Of a DNA stretch of 64,000 bases, positions 49,392 to 58,144 are shown one piece after another. Position 1 is the first letter of the stretch. The number at the start of each line of letters is the position of its first letter. The notes under the pieces were generated by a model. It saw only the letters and a program-made list of their open reading frames with translations. It had not been told where the DNA came from and ran no database searches. Source of the DNA: Gallionellaceae bacterium UBA2239 (lineage in GTDB: Bacteria > Pseudomonadota > Gammaproteobacteria > Burkholderiales > UBA9220); NCBI GenBank assembly GCA_002347615.1, contig DDYH01000022.1, positions 1,578-65,577 on the forward strand, given 5' to 3'. A program made the position numbers and the translations under genes.

Positions 49392-50150
49392 TTATACACG
49401 GGGAATGAAAACGCGCCCCCACTCCGTCGCCGCTTCCGCCATGGGGCAGCGGTAAAGCCGCTCCAGGCTGGCGGCGGTGAGGGTTTGGTCGGCGGGTCCG
49501 GCAGCGGGGCCGTCGTCGTGGAGCAGCAGGGCATGGTCGAAATAACGCCCCACCCAGGCGGTTTCGTGGAGCACCGCCAGCACCGTTTTGCCCTGGTCCG
49601 CCAGGTGGCGCAGCAGCTTCACCATCGCGCCCTGATGGGCCAGGTCCAGGTGCTGCAAGGGTTCGTCCAGGAGGTAGATGTCCGGCGCCTGGGCCAGCAG
49701 GGCGGCCAGGCGCACCCGCTGCCGCTCGCCGCCGGACAGGGTGGAAAGGGGCCGATGGGCGGCGTCCTGCATTTCCACCTGCTCCAGGGCGGTGCGGGCG
49801 GCGGCCTCGTCCTCCTGGTGGAGGCGGGTGAGGCCGTGGCGGTGGGGATAGCGGCCCAGGATCACGTATTCCAGGGCCGTGCCCCAGAAGGCCTGGGGGT
49901 CGTCCTGGAGCAGCACGCCGATGCGGCGGGCCCGTTCCCGCCGGGGGCAGGCGTCCACGGGGTGGTCGCCGAGCCACACCGCCCCTGCGGCAGGGGCGGC
50001 CAGGCCGGACAGGGCGTGGAGCAGAGTGGTCTTGCCCGCGCCGTTGCGGCCCAGCACGCACCAGCATTGGCCGGGAAGCAGGTCCAGGGACAGGCCCCGG
50101 CACAGGGTGCGGCCCGGCACCGCGAGGGTGAGGTGTTCAGCCCGCAGCAC
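49392..50150 (-). CDS. ABC transporter ATP-binding protein (iron-chelate/cobalamin FepC/BtuD type)
   Basis: Walker A GRNGAGKTTLL, signature LSGGERQR, Walker B YLLDEP. Confidence 0.85.
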   Translation of the reverse strand: MLRAEHLTLAVPGRTLCRGLSLDLLPGQCWCVLGRNGAGKTTLLHALSGLAAPAAGAVWLGDHPVDACPRRERARRIGVLLQDDPQAFWGTALEYVILGRYPHRHGLTRLHQEDEAAARTALEQVEMQDAAHRPLSTLSGGERQRVRLAALLAQAPDIYLLDEPLQHLDLAHQGAMVKLLRHLADQGKTVLAVLHETAWVGRYFDHALLLHDDGPAAGPADQTLTAASLERLYRCPMAEAATEWGRVFIPRV

Positions 50151-51120
50151 GGCGGCGCTCCGACAACAGGAACAGCAGGGTGGGCACTCCCAGCAGGGCG
50201 GTGAGCGCCCCCACCGGCAACTGCTGGGGCGCCGCCACGGTGCGGGCCAGGGTGTCGGCCAGCACCAGGAAGCTGCCGCCCGCCAGGACCGAGGCCGACA
50301 GCAGGCGGCGGTGGCCGGCCACGCCGAGAAGGCGCAGGAAATGGGGCACGATCAGGCCGACGAAGCCGATGGTTCCGCCCTCGGTCACCGCCGCCGCGGC
50401 GCACAGGGAGGCGAGGAGGAAGAGCCCCCCCTGGAGCGGTTCCACCGCCACGCCCAGGGATTTCGCCTTCAGTTCCCCCAGGGCCAGCACGTCCAGGGCG
50501 CCGGCCTGCCAGCGGGCGGCGCCGAGGACGGCGATGAGGATGCCCAGGGCGGCCAGGGGATGCTCCGCCCGGGACAAATCCCCCATCAGCCAGAACACCA
50601 TCCCCCGCAGGCTGTCGCCGGGGGTGAGGGAAAGAAGCAGGCTCACCACCGCCCCGTAGCCCGCCGCCAGCACCACCCCGGTGAGCAGCAGGCGCTGGGC
50701 GTTCCACTGGCCACCCCCCACGCCCAGGGCCAGCAGCAGCGCCACGCTGGCCAGGGCGCCGCCGAAAGCGCCGAAATTGACCAGCCCCACCCCGGCCCCC
50801 AGGGCCATGGCGGTCAGGGCGCCCACCGAGGCGCCGCCGGAGACGCCCAGGATATAAGGTTCCGCCAGAGGGTTGCGCAGCAGCACCTGGAGCAGCACCC
50901 CGGCCAGGGCCAGCAGCCCGCCGCAGGCGAAGGCGGAGAGCAGCCGCGGCAGGCGCAGCTGCCACACGATGTCCGACGCCAGGGTGTCGGCGGGGCCGGC
51001 CAGGAGGGCGTGGAAAATCTGGTCAAGGGGAAGGTCGGCGCTGCCCGCCGCGAGGCCGGCCAACAGGCTGGCCGGGGCGAGGAGCAGCAGTACCGGGAAG
51101 ACGAGGCGTGACGACTGCAC
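50137..51120 (-). CDS. FecCD/BtuC family ABC transporter permease
   Basis: 327 aa polytopic protein. RLPRLLSAFACGGLLALAGVLLQ and the C-terminal PVGALTALLGVP pattern. Confidence 0.85.
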   Translation of the reverse strand: MQSSRLVFPVLLLLAPASLLAGLAAGSADLPLDQIFHALLAGPADTLASDIVWQLRLPRLLSAFACGGLLALAGVLLQVLLRNPLAEPYILGVSGGASVGALTAMALGAGVGLVNFGAFGGALASVALLLALGVGGGQWNAQRLLLTGVVLAAGYGAVVSLLLSLTPGDSLRGMVFWLMGDLSRAEHPLAALGILIAVLGAARWQAGALDVLALGELKAKSLGVAVEPLQGGLFLLASLCAAAAVTEGGTIGFVGLIVPHFLRLLGVAGHRRLLSASVLAGGSFLVLADTLARTVAAPQQLPVGALTALLGVPTLLFLLSERRRAAG

Positions 51121-51123
51121 GGA

Positions 51124-51525
51124 TTATTTCAAGGCCGGCAGGAGGGAAAGGACGAAATCGTAGAATGCCAGCGCCTGCGCATAGGCTTGCTCGAATTCTT
51201 CCCGCTCTGGGCCTTCTTCCACGCCGGGATAGCGGTAGAGCGTAGCGTAGGGAGTCAGTTCCAACGCAGTTTCCAGCCACTCCGCAAAGCCGGCGTTGCG
51301 GGAAACGGCCTGCCTGGTCAGTATCTCCAGGTCGTGGGTTTTGTCGAAAGGCTGGTCGCAGTAAACCAGATAGCCCTTGAGGGCTTTTTCGACGGTCTGC
51401 TGGCAATGGTAAATGGCTGTGTCGAGAATCGGGTTGTCCCCGTCCGCCAGTTTTCTTGCAGAGGCGACGTCGTGGCCGGCCTTGACGAGCCAGCTGCGGA
51501 CTTGTTCAGTCTTGGCCTGGTCCAT
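51124..51525 (-). CDS. HEPN domain protein (toxin component of a HEPN/MNT pair)
   Basis: MDQAKTEQVRSWLVKAGHDVASARKL....AIYHCQQTVEKALKGYL....HDLEIL is the HEPN pattern. ATG at 51525. Confidence 0.75.
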   Translation of the reverse strand: MDQAKTEQVRSWLVKAGHDVASARKLADGDNPILDTAIYHCQQTVEKALKGYLVYCDQPFDKTHDLEILTRQAVSRNAGFAEWLETALELTPYATLYRYPGVEEGPEREEFEQAYAQALAFYDFVLSLLPALK

Positions 51526-51838
51526 ACAACACCTTGCCCTGCTCGGAAATCCGGTGCTCCAGGGATGCCTTGATATTCCGGTAGCGGTCGAATTCGTACC
51601 GGGTCTTGACCAGGACGTCCTTCGCAAACGGCAGGCCGATAAGGCTGCGGCGGGCGCGGATGGACCGCTTGACCGGTTTTTCCGCGCTGTCCCGGACGAT
51701 GACCAGCAGGTCCACGTCACTGTCTGCAGTCGGTTCGCCCCAGGCACGGGAGCCGAACAGGATCACTTCCTCCGGATGGAACTCGGCAACCAACCGGCGG
51801 GTGGCTTCCTGGAGCAGTTCGGGGGTGACCGGGATCAT
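51506..51838 (-). CDS. MNT-type nucleotidyltransferase (antitoxin component)
   Basis: ILFGSRAWGEPTADSDVDLLVIV is the GSxx-DxD minimal NTase motif. It overlaps the HEPN start by 20 nt. Confidence 0.75.
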   Translation of the reverse strand: MIPVTPELLQEATRRLVAEFHPEEVILFGSRAWGEPTADSDVDLLVIVRDSAEKPVKRSIRARRSLIGLPFAKDVLVKTRYEFDRYRNIKASLEHRISEQGKVLYGPGQD

Positions 51839-51903
51839 GGCGGCGTTCGCGTAAATAGATGATGTCAGAATGAATTGTATGCGAGACAGGCCGTTGACGC
51901 GAC

Positions 51904-52566
51904 TCATCTCAAACTGATGACCGGCCAGCCGTTTTCCAGCGCATGGGCCCGCAGGGTGTCGTCCGGGTCCACCGCCACCGGGTGGGTGACCCGGGACAGC
52001 AGGGGCAGGTCGTTGAGGGAATCGCTGTAGAACCAGCTTTCCGCTACCTCCGCCCAGCCCCGGCCGCGGGACTGTAGCCATTCTTCCAGACGCTTCACCT
52101 TGCCGTCGCGGAAGCTGGGGGTGCCGGCCACTTTGCCGGTGAATTCGCCGCCCTGGTGTTCCGGCTCGGTGGCGATCAGGTGGGCCACCCCCAGTTCCTG
52201 GGCGATGGGGGCGGTGACGAAGCTGTTGGTGGCGGTGACGATCACCAGTTCGTGGCCCTGGGCCCGGTGGTGTTCGATCAGCTCCCGGCCCTTGGGCAGC
52301 ATGATGGGGCGGATGCTGCCGGCCATGAAGCGCTGGTGCCAGGCGTCCAGCTGGGCGCGGCTGTGGCGGGACAGGGGCTTCAGCTGGAAGTCGAGGAACT
52401 CGTGGATGTCCAGGGTGCCGGCCTTGTACTGGTCGTAGAATTCCTGGTTGCGGGCCTCGTACACTTCCCGGTCGAGCACCCCTTCCCCGATCAGGAACTG
52501 GGCCCACTCGAAATCGCTATCGCCGCCGAGGAGGGTGTTGTCCAGGTCGAATAATGCCAGTCGCAC
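51904..52566 (-). CDS. HAD-IB family hydrolase
   Basis: LALFDLDNTLL motif I, VTATN motif II, YSDSLNDLPLL motif IV. Confidence 0.8.
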   Translation of the reverse strand: MRLALFDLDNTLLGGDSDFEWAQFLIGEGVLDREVYEARNQEFYDQYKAGTLDIHEFLDFQLKPLSRHSRAQLDAWHQRFMAGSIRPIMLPKGRELIEHHRAQGHELVIVTATNSFVTAPIAQELGVAHLIATEPEHQGGEFTGKVAGTPSFRDGKVKRLEEWLQSRGRGWAEVAESWFYSDSLNDLPLLSRVTHPVAVDPDDTLRAHALENGWPVISLR

Positions 52567-52670
52567 AGCTGTTTTCCTCCATGTTCAATGGTCTAGGATT
52601 ATACCTTGGTTAAAAATCTGCGCCGCCTGGCGTAGAATCAGCCGTTACTAAATATAGTCGCGAGGGGACC

Positions 52671-53336
52671 ATGAATCTGCCGGATGGGCTGTTTGCCGCC
52701 GAATGGTATTGGGCCGGCCATTTCCTGCTCGCCCTGGTGCTGGGCTGGGCCCTGTTCCGCGCCCCCTGGCATCGGCTCAAGGACGCCGGCCAATTGAACG
52801 TCTGGCTGGGAGTCTGCGTGTTCCTCATGGGGCTGTGGAGCATCAAGGCGGGCATCCGGCCCGGGCTCAACTTCCACATGCTGGGCGCAACGGTGCTGAC
52901 CCTGATGGTGGGGCCTTACCTCGCCACCCTGGGCATGGCCATCGTGGTGGCGGCCATCACCCTCAACGGCGGGGCGGGATGGGACGGGTTTTCCCTCAAC
53001 GTGCTGCTGATGGGGGCGCTGCCGGCGTGGGTGAGTTACGCCATTTATCATGCGGCCGACAAGCATCTGCCCAACAACTACTTCCTCTATATATTCGTCA
53101 ACGCCTTCTTCGGCGCGGCGGTGGCCCTGGTGGTCAGCGGCGGCACGGCCACCGCCCTGCTGTGGCTGTCCGGGGCCTACAAGGCCGATTACCTGCTGCA
53201 CCAGTACCTGCCCTATTTCATCCTCCTCGGCTGGGGGGAAGCCATGCTGTCCGGCATGGTGATGTCCCTGATGGTGGCCTACCGGCCCGAGTGGGTGAGC
53301 ACTTTCGACGACGAGCGGTATATAAAAAACAAGTAA
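52671..53336 (+). CDS. Polytopic membrane protein (CbiM/ECF-permease-like family)
   Basis: 221 aa with about six TM segments. Family assignment is by general resemblance only. Confidence 0.5.
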   Translation: MNLPDGLFAAEWYWAGHFLLALVLGWALFRAPWHRLKDAGQLNVWLGVCVFLMGLWSIKAGIRPGLNFHMLGATVLTLMVGPYLATLGMAIVVAAITLNGGAGWDGFSLNVLLMGALPAWVSYAIYHAADKHLPNNYFLYIFVNAFFGAAVALVVSGGTATALLWLSGAYKADYLLHQYLPYFILLGWGEAMLSGMVMSLMVAYRPEWVSTFDDERYIKNK

Positions 53337-53339
53337 GCC

Positions 53340-53436
53340 GCCACGAGCGCCAGGTTTTTGCCGCTGGTTTTCCCCTTCCGAATTTCTTGGCGCGCCTGGC
53401 GTCCCAAAGGGATTTCCTTCGGTCATCTTGGCGGCA
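53340..53436. repeat. Degenerate copy of palindromic repeat family 2
   Basis: ttcttggcgcgcctggcgtcc ... tcttggcggcaaaa. The left arm is poorly preserved. Confidence 0.4.
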
Positions 53437-53519
53437 AAAAATGGCAAAAAAAAGGAGCGCCTTTGCGGTCGCTCCAAAGAGGGGATGGTTACTACTACGA
53501 GTGATTGCGAGAGAAACCT

Positions 53520-53852
53520 TTACACGCAGCCGGTGGGCTTGGGCGTGCCGGCGTAACGGCCGGCTTGTTTCGCCGGGCCGTAGGGAAACAGGTTGAACAG
53601 GAATTTCTTGTCGCCCCACTCGTCGCCGAACTCTTCCTTCAGCGCTTTTTGCAGGATGCGCAGATTGGGCGCGGTGCCGTATTCCAGGAAGTAATCCCGC
53701 ATGAAGCGGATGATCTGCCAGTGCTGGTCGCCCAGAGCCAGGCCGTCGCGGTCCGCGAGGGCTTGGGCGATGTCTTCATTCCATTCGTCCAGATGGGCCA
53801 GGTAGCCCTCGGGATCGGTGTGAATTTCCGTGCCATTGACGACGAAGCCCAT
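53520..53852 (-). CDS. tusE: TusE/DsrC family sulfur relay protein
   Basis: 110 aa ending ...TPKPTGCV with only the penultimate-region Cys, which is the TusE type rather than the DsrC two-Cys type. Confidence 0.8.
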   Translation of the reverse strand: MGFVVNGTEIHTDPEGYLAHLDEWNEDIAQALADRDGLALGDQHWQIIRFMRDYFLEYGTAPNLRILQKALKEEFGDEWGDKKFLFNLFPYGPAKQAGRYAGTPKPTGCV

Positions 53853-54002
53853 GGTGTTTTCTCCTTGACGTGTGTGGATATAAATTACCCGACGAAATTT
53901 GTCGGCTTCATTGAGTACGAATACTATAAAGACTTAGTCTATCTGTCAACTATTTTTTGAATTAGTCTAAATTGCAGTTGCCCCCGGGGATGGGCGGCAA
54001 GC

Positions 54003-57000
54003 GTGTATAATCCGCCTTCCTCAAGAAATTCCGCCTGTTACGTGTCCCGCTCCGATAGTTCAAAAGCTGATCTTTCCCTCTGCATGACCCGGGACCGCCA
54101 CGCCCTGGCCCAGGAAATGCGTCGGCTGAAGGAACGGGAACAGGCGGGCAAGCCCACCGATCAGCTGCGTGCCAAGCACGAGGAAAAGCTGGCCCGCTCC
54201 CTGGCGGAATACCAGCGGCGCCTGGCCAACCTGCCGCGCCCCAGCTACGACGAAGACCTGCCGGTGAACCAGCGGCGGGACGAGATCGCCGCCGCCATCG
54301 AGCAACATCAGGTGGTGATCGTGTGCGGTGAAACCGGCTCGGGCAAGACCACCCAGCTGCCGAAAATCTGCCTCGACCTGAAGCGGGGCGTGGCGGGCCT
54401 GATCGGCCACACCCAGCCTAGAAGAGTGGCGGCCCGCAGCATCGCCAACCGGGTGGCGAGCGAATTGAAAAGCTCCTTGGGCCAAACGGTGGGCTATAAG
54501 GTACGTTTCCAGGACAAGCTGTCGGAAAACACCTATCTGAAATTAATGACCGACGGCATCCTGCTGGCGGAAACCCAGGGGGACCCCCTGCTCGGCGCCT
54601 ACGACACCATCATCATCGACGAGGCCCACGAGCGCAGCCTGAACATCGACTTCCTGCTGGGCTATTTGAAGCGCCTGCTGCCCCGGCGCCCCGACCTGAA
54701 AGTCATCATCACCTCGGCCACCATCGATGCCGAGCGCTTTTCCCGGCATTTCGACGGCGCCCCGGTGATCGAGGTGTCCGGGCGCCTGTACCCGGTGGAG
54801 GTGCGCTACCGTCCATTGGGCGCCCCCTCACCCCTGCCCTCTCCCGCGAGGGGAGAGGGGGGCGCGGAGTCGCGGCGCGACAGTTCGACCACTGAGGACG
54901 AGCGGGAAATCGACATGGAGCAGTCCATCGTCGACGCCGTGGACGAGGTGTCCCGCCTCGGCCTGGGGGACGTGCTGGTGTTCCTCCCCGGCGAGCGGGA
55001 AATCCGCGACACCGCCGAATTGCTGCGCAAGCACCATCCGCCGGGCACCGAAATCCTGCCCCTGTTCGCCCGCCAGTCGGCTTCCGAGCAGGAACGGGTG
55101 TTCCAGCCCTCGGGGCGGCGGCGCATCGTGCTCGCCACCAACGTGGCGGAAACCTCCCTCACCGTGCCGGGCATCCGCTACGTCATCGACCCCGGCCTGG
55201 CCCGCATCAACCGTTACAGCTACCGCAACAAGGTGCAGCAGCTCCAGGTGGAGAAAATCTCCCAGGCCGCCGCCAACCAGCGCTCCGGCCGCTGCGGCCG
55301 GGTGATGAGCGGGGTGTGCGTGCGGCTCTATTCCGAGGCCGAATTCGCCGCCCGCCCCCCCTTCACCGACCCGGAAATCCTGCGCACCTCCCTCGCCGCC
55401 GTCATCCTGCGCATGGCCTCCCTGCGCCTGGGGGACGTGGAGGCCTTTCCTTTCCTGGAACCCCCGGCCCCCAAGGCGGTGGCGGACGGCTACCAGCTGC
55501 TCAACGAGCTGGGCGCGGTGACCGAGGAGCGGGCGCTCACCCCCCTGGGGGACCAACTGGCCAAGCTGCCCATCGACCCCAAGGTGGGGCGCATGCTGCT
55601 GGCGGCCAAGGAAGAGAACTGCCTCACCGAAGTGCTGGTGATCGCCTCCGCCCTGTCGGTGCCCGACCCCCGCATGCGCCCCATGGAGCGAGCCGGCGCG
55701 GCGGACAACGCCCACCGCCATTTCAGCGACGAGCGCTCGGATTTCCTCGCCTACGTGAAGCTGTGGGCGTTCTACCAGGAGGCGGTGGAGCACAAGAAAT
55801 CCAACCGCAAGCTCATCAACCTGTGCCACGACCATTTCCTGTCCTACGTGCGGATGCGGGAGTGGATCGACATCCACCACCAGCTCCAGGCGGTGGTGAC
55901 CGAAATGGGCTTCCGCCCCAACGAGACCCCGGCGGGCTACGACGAGATCCATCGCGCGCTGCTGGCGGGCCTGCTGGGCAACGTGGGGGTGAAGACCGAG
56001 GAGGAGGGCGTCTACGCCGGCGCCCGGGGCATCAAGTTCTCCGCCCACCCCTCCTCGGTGTTGAAGAAGAAGGGCCCCAAGTGGGTCATGGCCGCCGAGC
56101 TGGTGGAGACCACCAAGCTCTTCGCCCGCTGCATGGCCCGCGTCGAGCCCGAGTGGCTGGAGAAAGTGGGCCCTCACCTGGTGAAGCGCCACTACTTCGA
56201 CCCCCATTGGGAAAAGGCCGCCGCACGGGTGGGGGCCTACGAGCGGGTCACCCTCTACGGCCTCACCATCATCCCCCGGCGCAAGATTCACTACGGCCCC
56301 CTCAACCCCAAGGAGGCCCGGGACATCTTCATCCGCCAGGCCCTGGTGGCGGGGGAGTTCGACAGCCGCGCCCCGTTCTTCGCGCACAACCAGAAGTTGA
56401 TGGAGGAAGTGCAGGAACTGGAGCACAAGTCCCGCCGCCAGGACGTGCTGGTGGACGAGGAGCGCATGGTGGCCTTCTACCACGCCCGCATCCCGGCGGA
56501 CATGCACAACGGCGCCGCCTTCGAGCGCTGGCGCCGGGAGGCGGAAAAGGCCGACCCCAAGCTGCTGTTCATGAGCCGGGACGACCTGATGCGCCACGAC
56601 GCCGGGGGCGTCACCGAAACCCTGTTTCCCAAGACCCTGGCCGTGGGCGAGGTGGCGTGTCCCCTCACCTACCGCTTCGAGCCCGGCCACCCCCTGGACG
56701 GCGTCACCCTCACCGTGCCCCTGCATCTGCTCAACAAGGTGGACGAAGTCCGCTGCGCCTGGCTGGTGCCCGGCATGGTGCGGGAGAAGATCACCGCCCT
56801 GGTGAAGGGGCTGCCCAAGCAGCTGCGGCGCCTGTGCGTGCCGGTGCCGGAGTTCGTGACGGGGTTTTTGGATAACCTCTCCCCTCCACCCCAACCCTCC
56901 CCCGCGAGGGGGGAGGGAGCACAAACCTCCCCTCCCCCGCAGGCGGGGGAGGGGCTGGGGGAGAGGGGAAGCCTTTCTTTCACCCTATCCACCTACATCA

Positions 57001-58052
57001 AGCGCCGCACCGGCCAGGATGTTCCGCCGGATGCCTGGGAAGGCGTGGAATTGCCCGAGCACCTGAAGATGCACTACCGGGTGGTGGACGACGCCGGCCA
57101 GGAACTGGCCTCTGGCCGCGACCTGGCTGCACTGCGGGGCAAGCTCGGCCAAGCCGCCCAGATGACTTTCGCCAAGGGGCCGGACAGCGATTTCGAGCGG
57201 GAAGGCGTCACCGCCTGGGACTTCGGCGACCTGCCGGAAAAACTCGCCTTCAGCCGGGGCGGCGCCCAGCTCACCGGCTTCCCCACCCTGGCGGACATGG
57301 GGGATTCGGTGGCCATCCTGCTGCTGGACACCCCCGAAGCGGCCGCCAGGGAAATGCGGGCCGGCGTGCGCCGCCTGCTGCGCTTGGCCCTCAAGGAGCA
57401 GATGAAGCAACTGGAAAAGAGCCTGCCCAACTTTACCCAGATGGCCCTGTTGGCCCGCACCATCGAAAGCCCGGACGAGTTCCGGGAAGACCTGCTCACC
57501 TGCATCTGCGACCGGGCCTTCCTCAGCGACGACGCCCTGCCCCGCAACGAGAAGGAATTCGCCCACCAGCGGGACCGGGCCCGCACCCGCCTGCCGGCGG
57601 TGACCCAGGCCGCCGCCAAGCTCGCCGCCTCGGCCCTGGAGGACTACCACGCCCTCCAGGGCAAGCTCTCCGGCAAGCTGCCCTACCCCCTGGCCCAGGA
57701 CCTCAAGGAGCAGCTGGGGCGCCTGGTCTACAAGGGCTTTCTCGCCGCCACCCCCTGGGAGCACCTGCAGCACCTGCCCCGCTACCTCAAGGCGATGCTC
57801 AAGCGCATCGAGAAATATCCCGGCAACGCCGACCGGGACGCCAAGCACGCCGCCAGCCTCAAGGAGTGGTGGGACAAGCTCGAAGCCCGGCGGGAAAAGC
57901 ACCGCAAGGCCGGCATCGACGACCCCAAGCTGGAGGATTTCCGCTGGATGCTGGAGGAGCTGCGGGTGTCCCTGTTCGCCCAGGAACTGCGCACGCCCTA
58001 CCCCATTTCCTACAAGCGGCTGGAAAAGGCCTGGTCCGAAGTGCGGCCATAA
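54003..58052 (+). CDS. hrpA: ATP-dependent RNA helicase HrpA (carries two in-frame repeat insertions)
   Basis: DEAH-box core (GETGSGKTTQLPK, DEAHERS, SATID, TNVAETSLTVPG, QRSGRCGR) plus HA2/OB and a long C-terminal region. The start is uncertain (GTG 54003, GTG 54042 or ATG 54084); TATAAT at 54006-54011 argues for a downstream start. Confidence 0.9.
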   Translation: MYNPPSSRNSACYVSRSDSSKADLSLCMTRDRHALAQEMRRLKEREQAGKPTDQLRAKHEEKLARSLAEYQRRLANLPRPSYDEDLPVNQRRDEIAAAIEQHQVVIVCGETGSGKTTQLPKICLDLKRGVAGLIGHTQPRRVAARSIANRVASELKSSLGQTVGYKVRFQDKLSENTYLKLMTDGILLAETQGDPLLGAYDTIIIDEAHERSLNIDFLLGYLKRLLPRRPDLKVIITSATIDAERFSRHFDGAPVIEVSGRLYPVEVRYRPLGAPSPLPSPARGEGGAESRRDSSTTEDEREIDMEQSIVDAVDEVSRLGLGDVLVFLPGEREIRDTAELLRKHHPPGTEILPLFARQSASEQERVFQPSGRRRIVLATNVAETSLTVPGIRYVIDPGLARINRYSYRNKVQQLQVEKISQAAANQRSGRCGRVMSGVCVRLYSEAEFAARPPFTDPEILRTSLAAVILRMASLRLGDVEAFPFLEPPAPKAVADGYQLLNELGAVTEERALTPLGDQLAKLPIDPKVGRMLLAAKEENCLTEVLVIASALSVPDPRMRPMERAGAADNAHRHFSDERSDFLAYVKLWAFYQEAVEHKKSNRKLINLCHDHFLSYVRMREWIDIHHQLQAVVTEMGFRPNETPAGYDEIHRALLAGLLGNVGVKTEEEGVYAGARGIKFSAHPSSVLKKKGPKWVMAAELVETTKLFARCMARVEPEWLEKVGPHLVKRHYFDPHWEKAAARVGAYERVTLYGLTIIPRRKIHYGPLNPKEARDIFIRQALVAGEFDSRAPFFAHNQKLMEEVQELEHKSRRQDVLVDEERMVAFYHARIPADMHNGAAFERWRREAEKADPKLLFMSRDDLMRHDAGGVTETLFPKTLAVGEVACPLTYRFEPGHPLDGVTLTVPLHLLNKVDEVRCAWLVPGMVREKITALVKGLPKQLRRLCVPVPEFVTGFLDNLSPPPQPSPARGEGAQTSPPPQAGEGLGERGSLSFTLSTYIKRRTGQDVPPDAWEGVELPEHLKMHYRVVDDAGQELASGRDLAALRGKLGQAAQMTFAKGPDSDFEREGVTAWDFGDLPEKLAFSRGGAQLTGFPTLADMGDSVAILLLDTPEAAAREMRAGVRRLLRLALKEQMKQLEKSLPNFTQMALLARTIESPDEFREDLLTCICDRAFLSDDALPRNEKEFAHQRDRARTRLPAVTQAAAKLAASALEDYHALQGKLSGKLPYPLAQDLKEQLGRLVYKGFLAATPWEHLQHLPRYLKAMLKRIEKYPGNADRDAKHAASLKEWWDKLEARREKHRKAGIDDPKLEDFRWMLEELRVSLFAQELRTPYPISYKRLEKAWSEVRP
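54822..54860. repeat. Family 1 palindromic repeat inserted in frame in hrpA
   Basis: gccccctcacccctgccctctcccgcgaggggagaggg is identical over 38 nt to intergenic 10911-10948. It is translated as APSPLPSPARGEG. Confidence 0.85.
56877..56970. repeat. Family 1 palindromic repeat (two hairpins) inserted in frame in hrpA
   Basis: ccctccccc-gcga-ggggggaggg and cccctccccc-gcaggc-gggggagggg. It matches 10877-10895 and 3441-3481 in inverted orientation. Translated as SPPPQPSPARGEGAQTSPPPQAGEGLGERGS. Confidence 0.8.
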
Positions 58053-58144
58053 CGCCGTATCACCCATAAGGGGAGGTGGGGCCTACCCCCGAGCGTACTC
58101 CTTCCAGGGCTTACCTTTCCGCGGGAAATCGACAACACTGCCTT

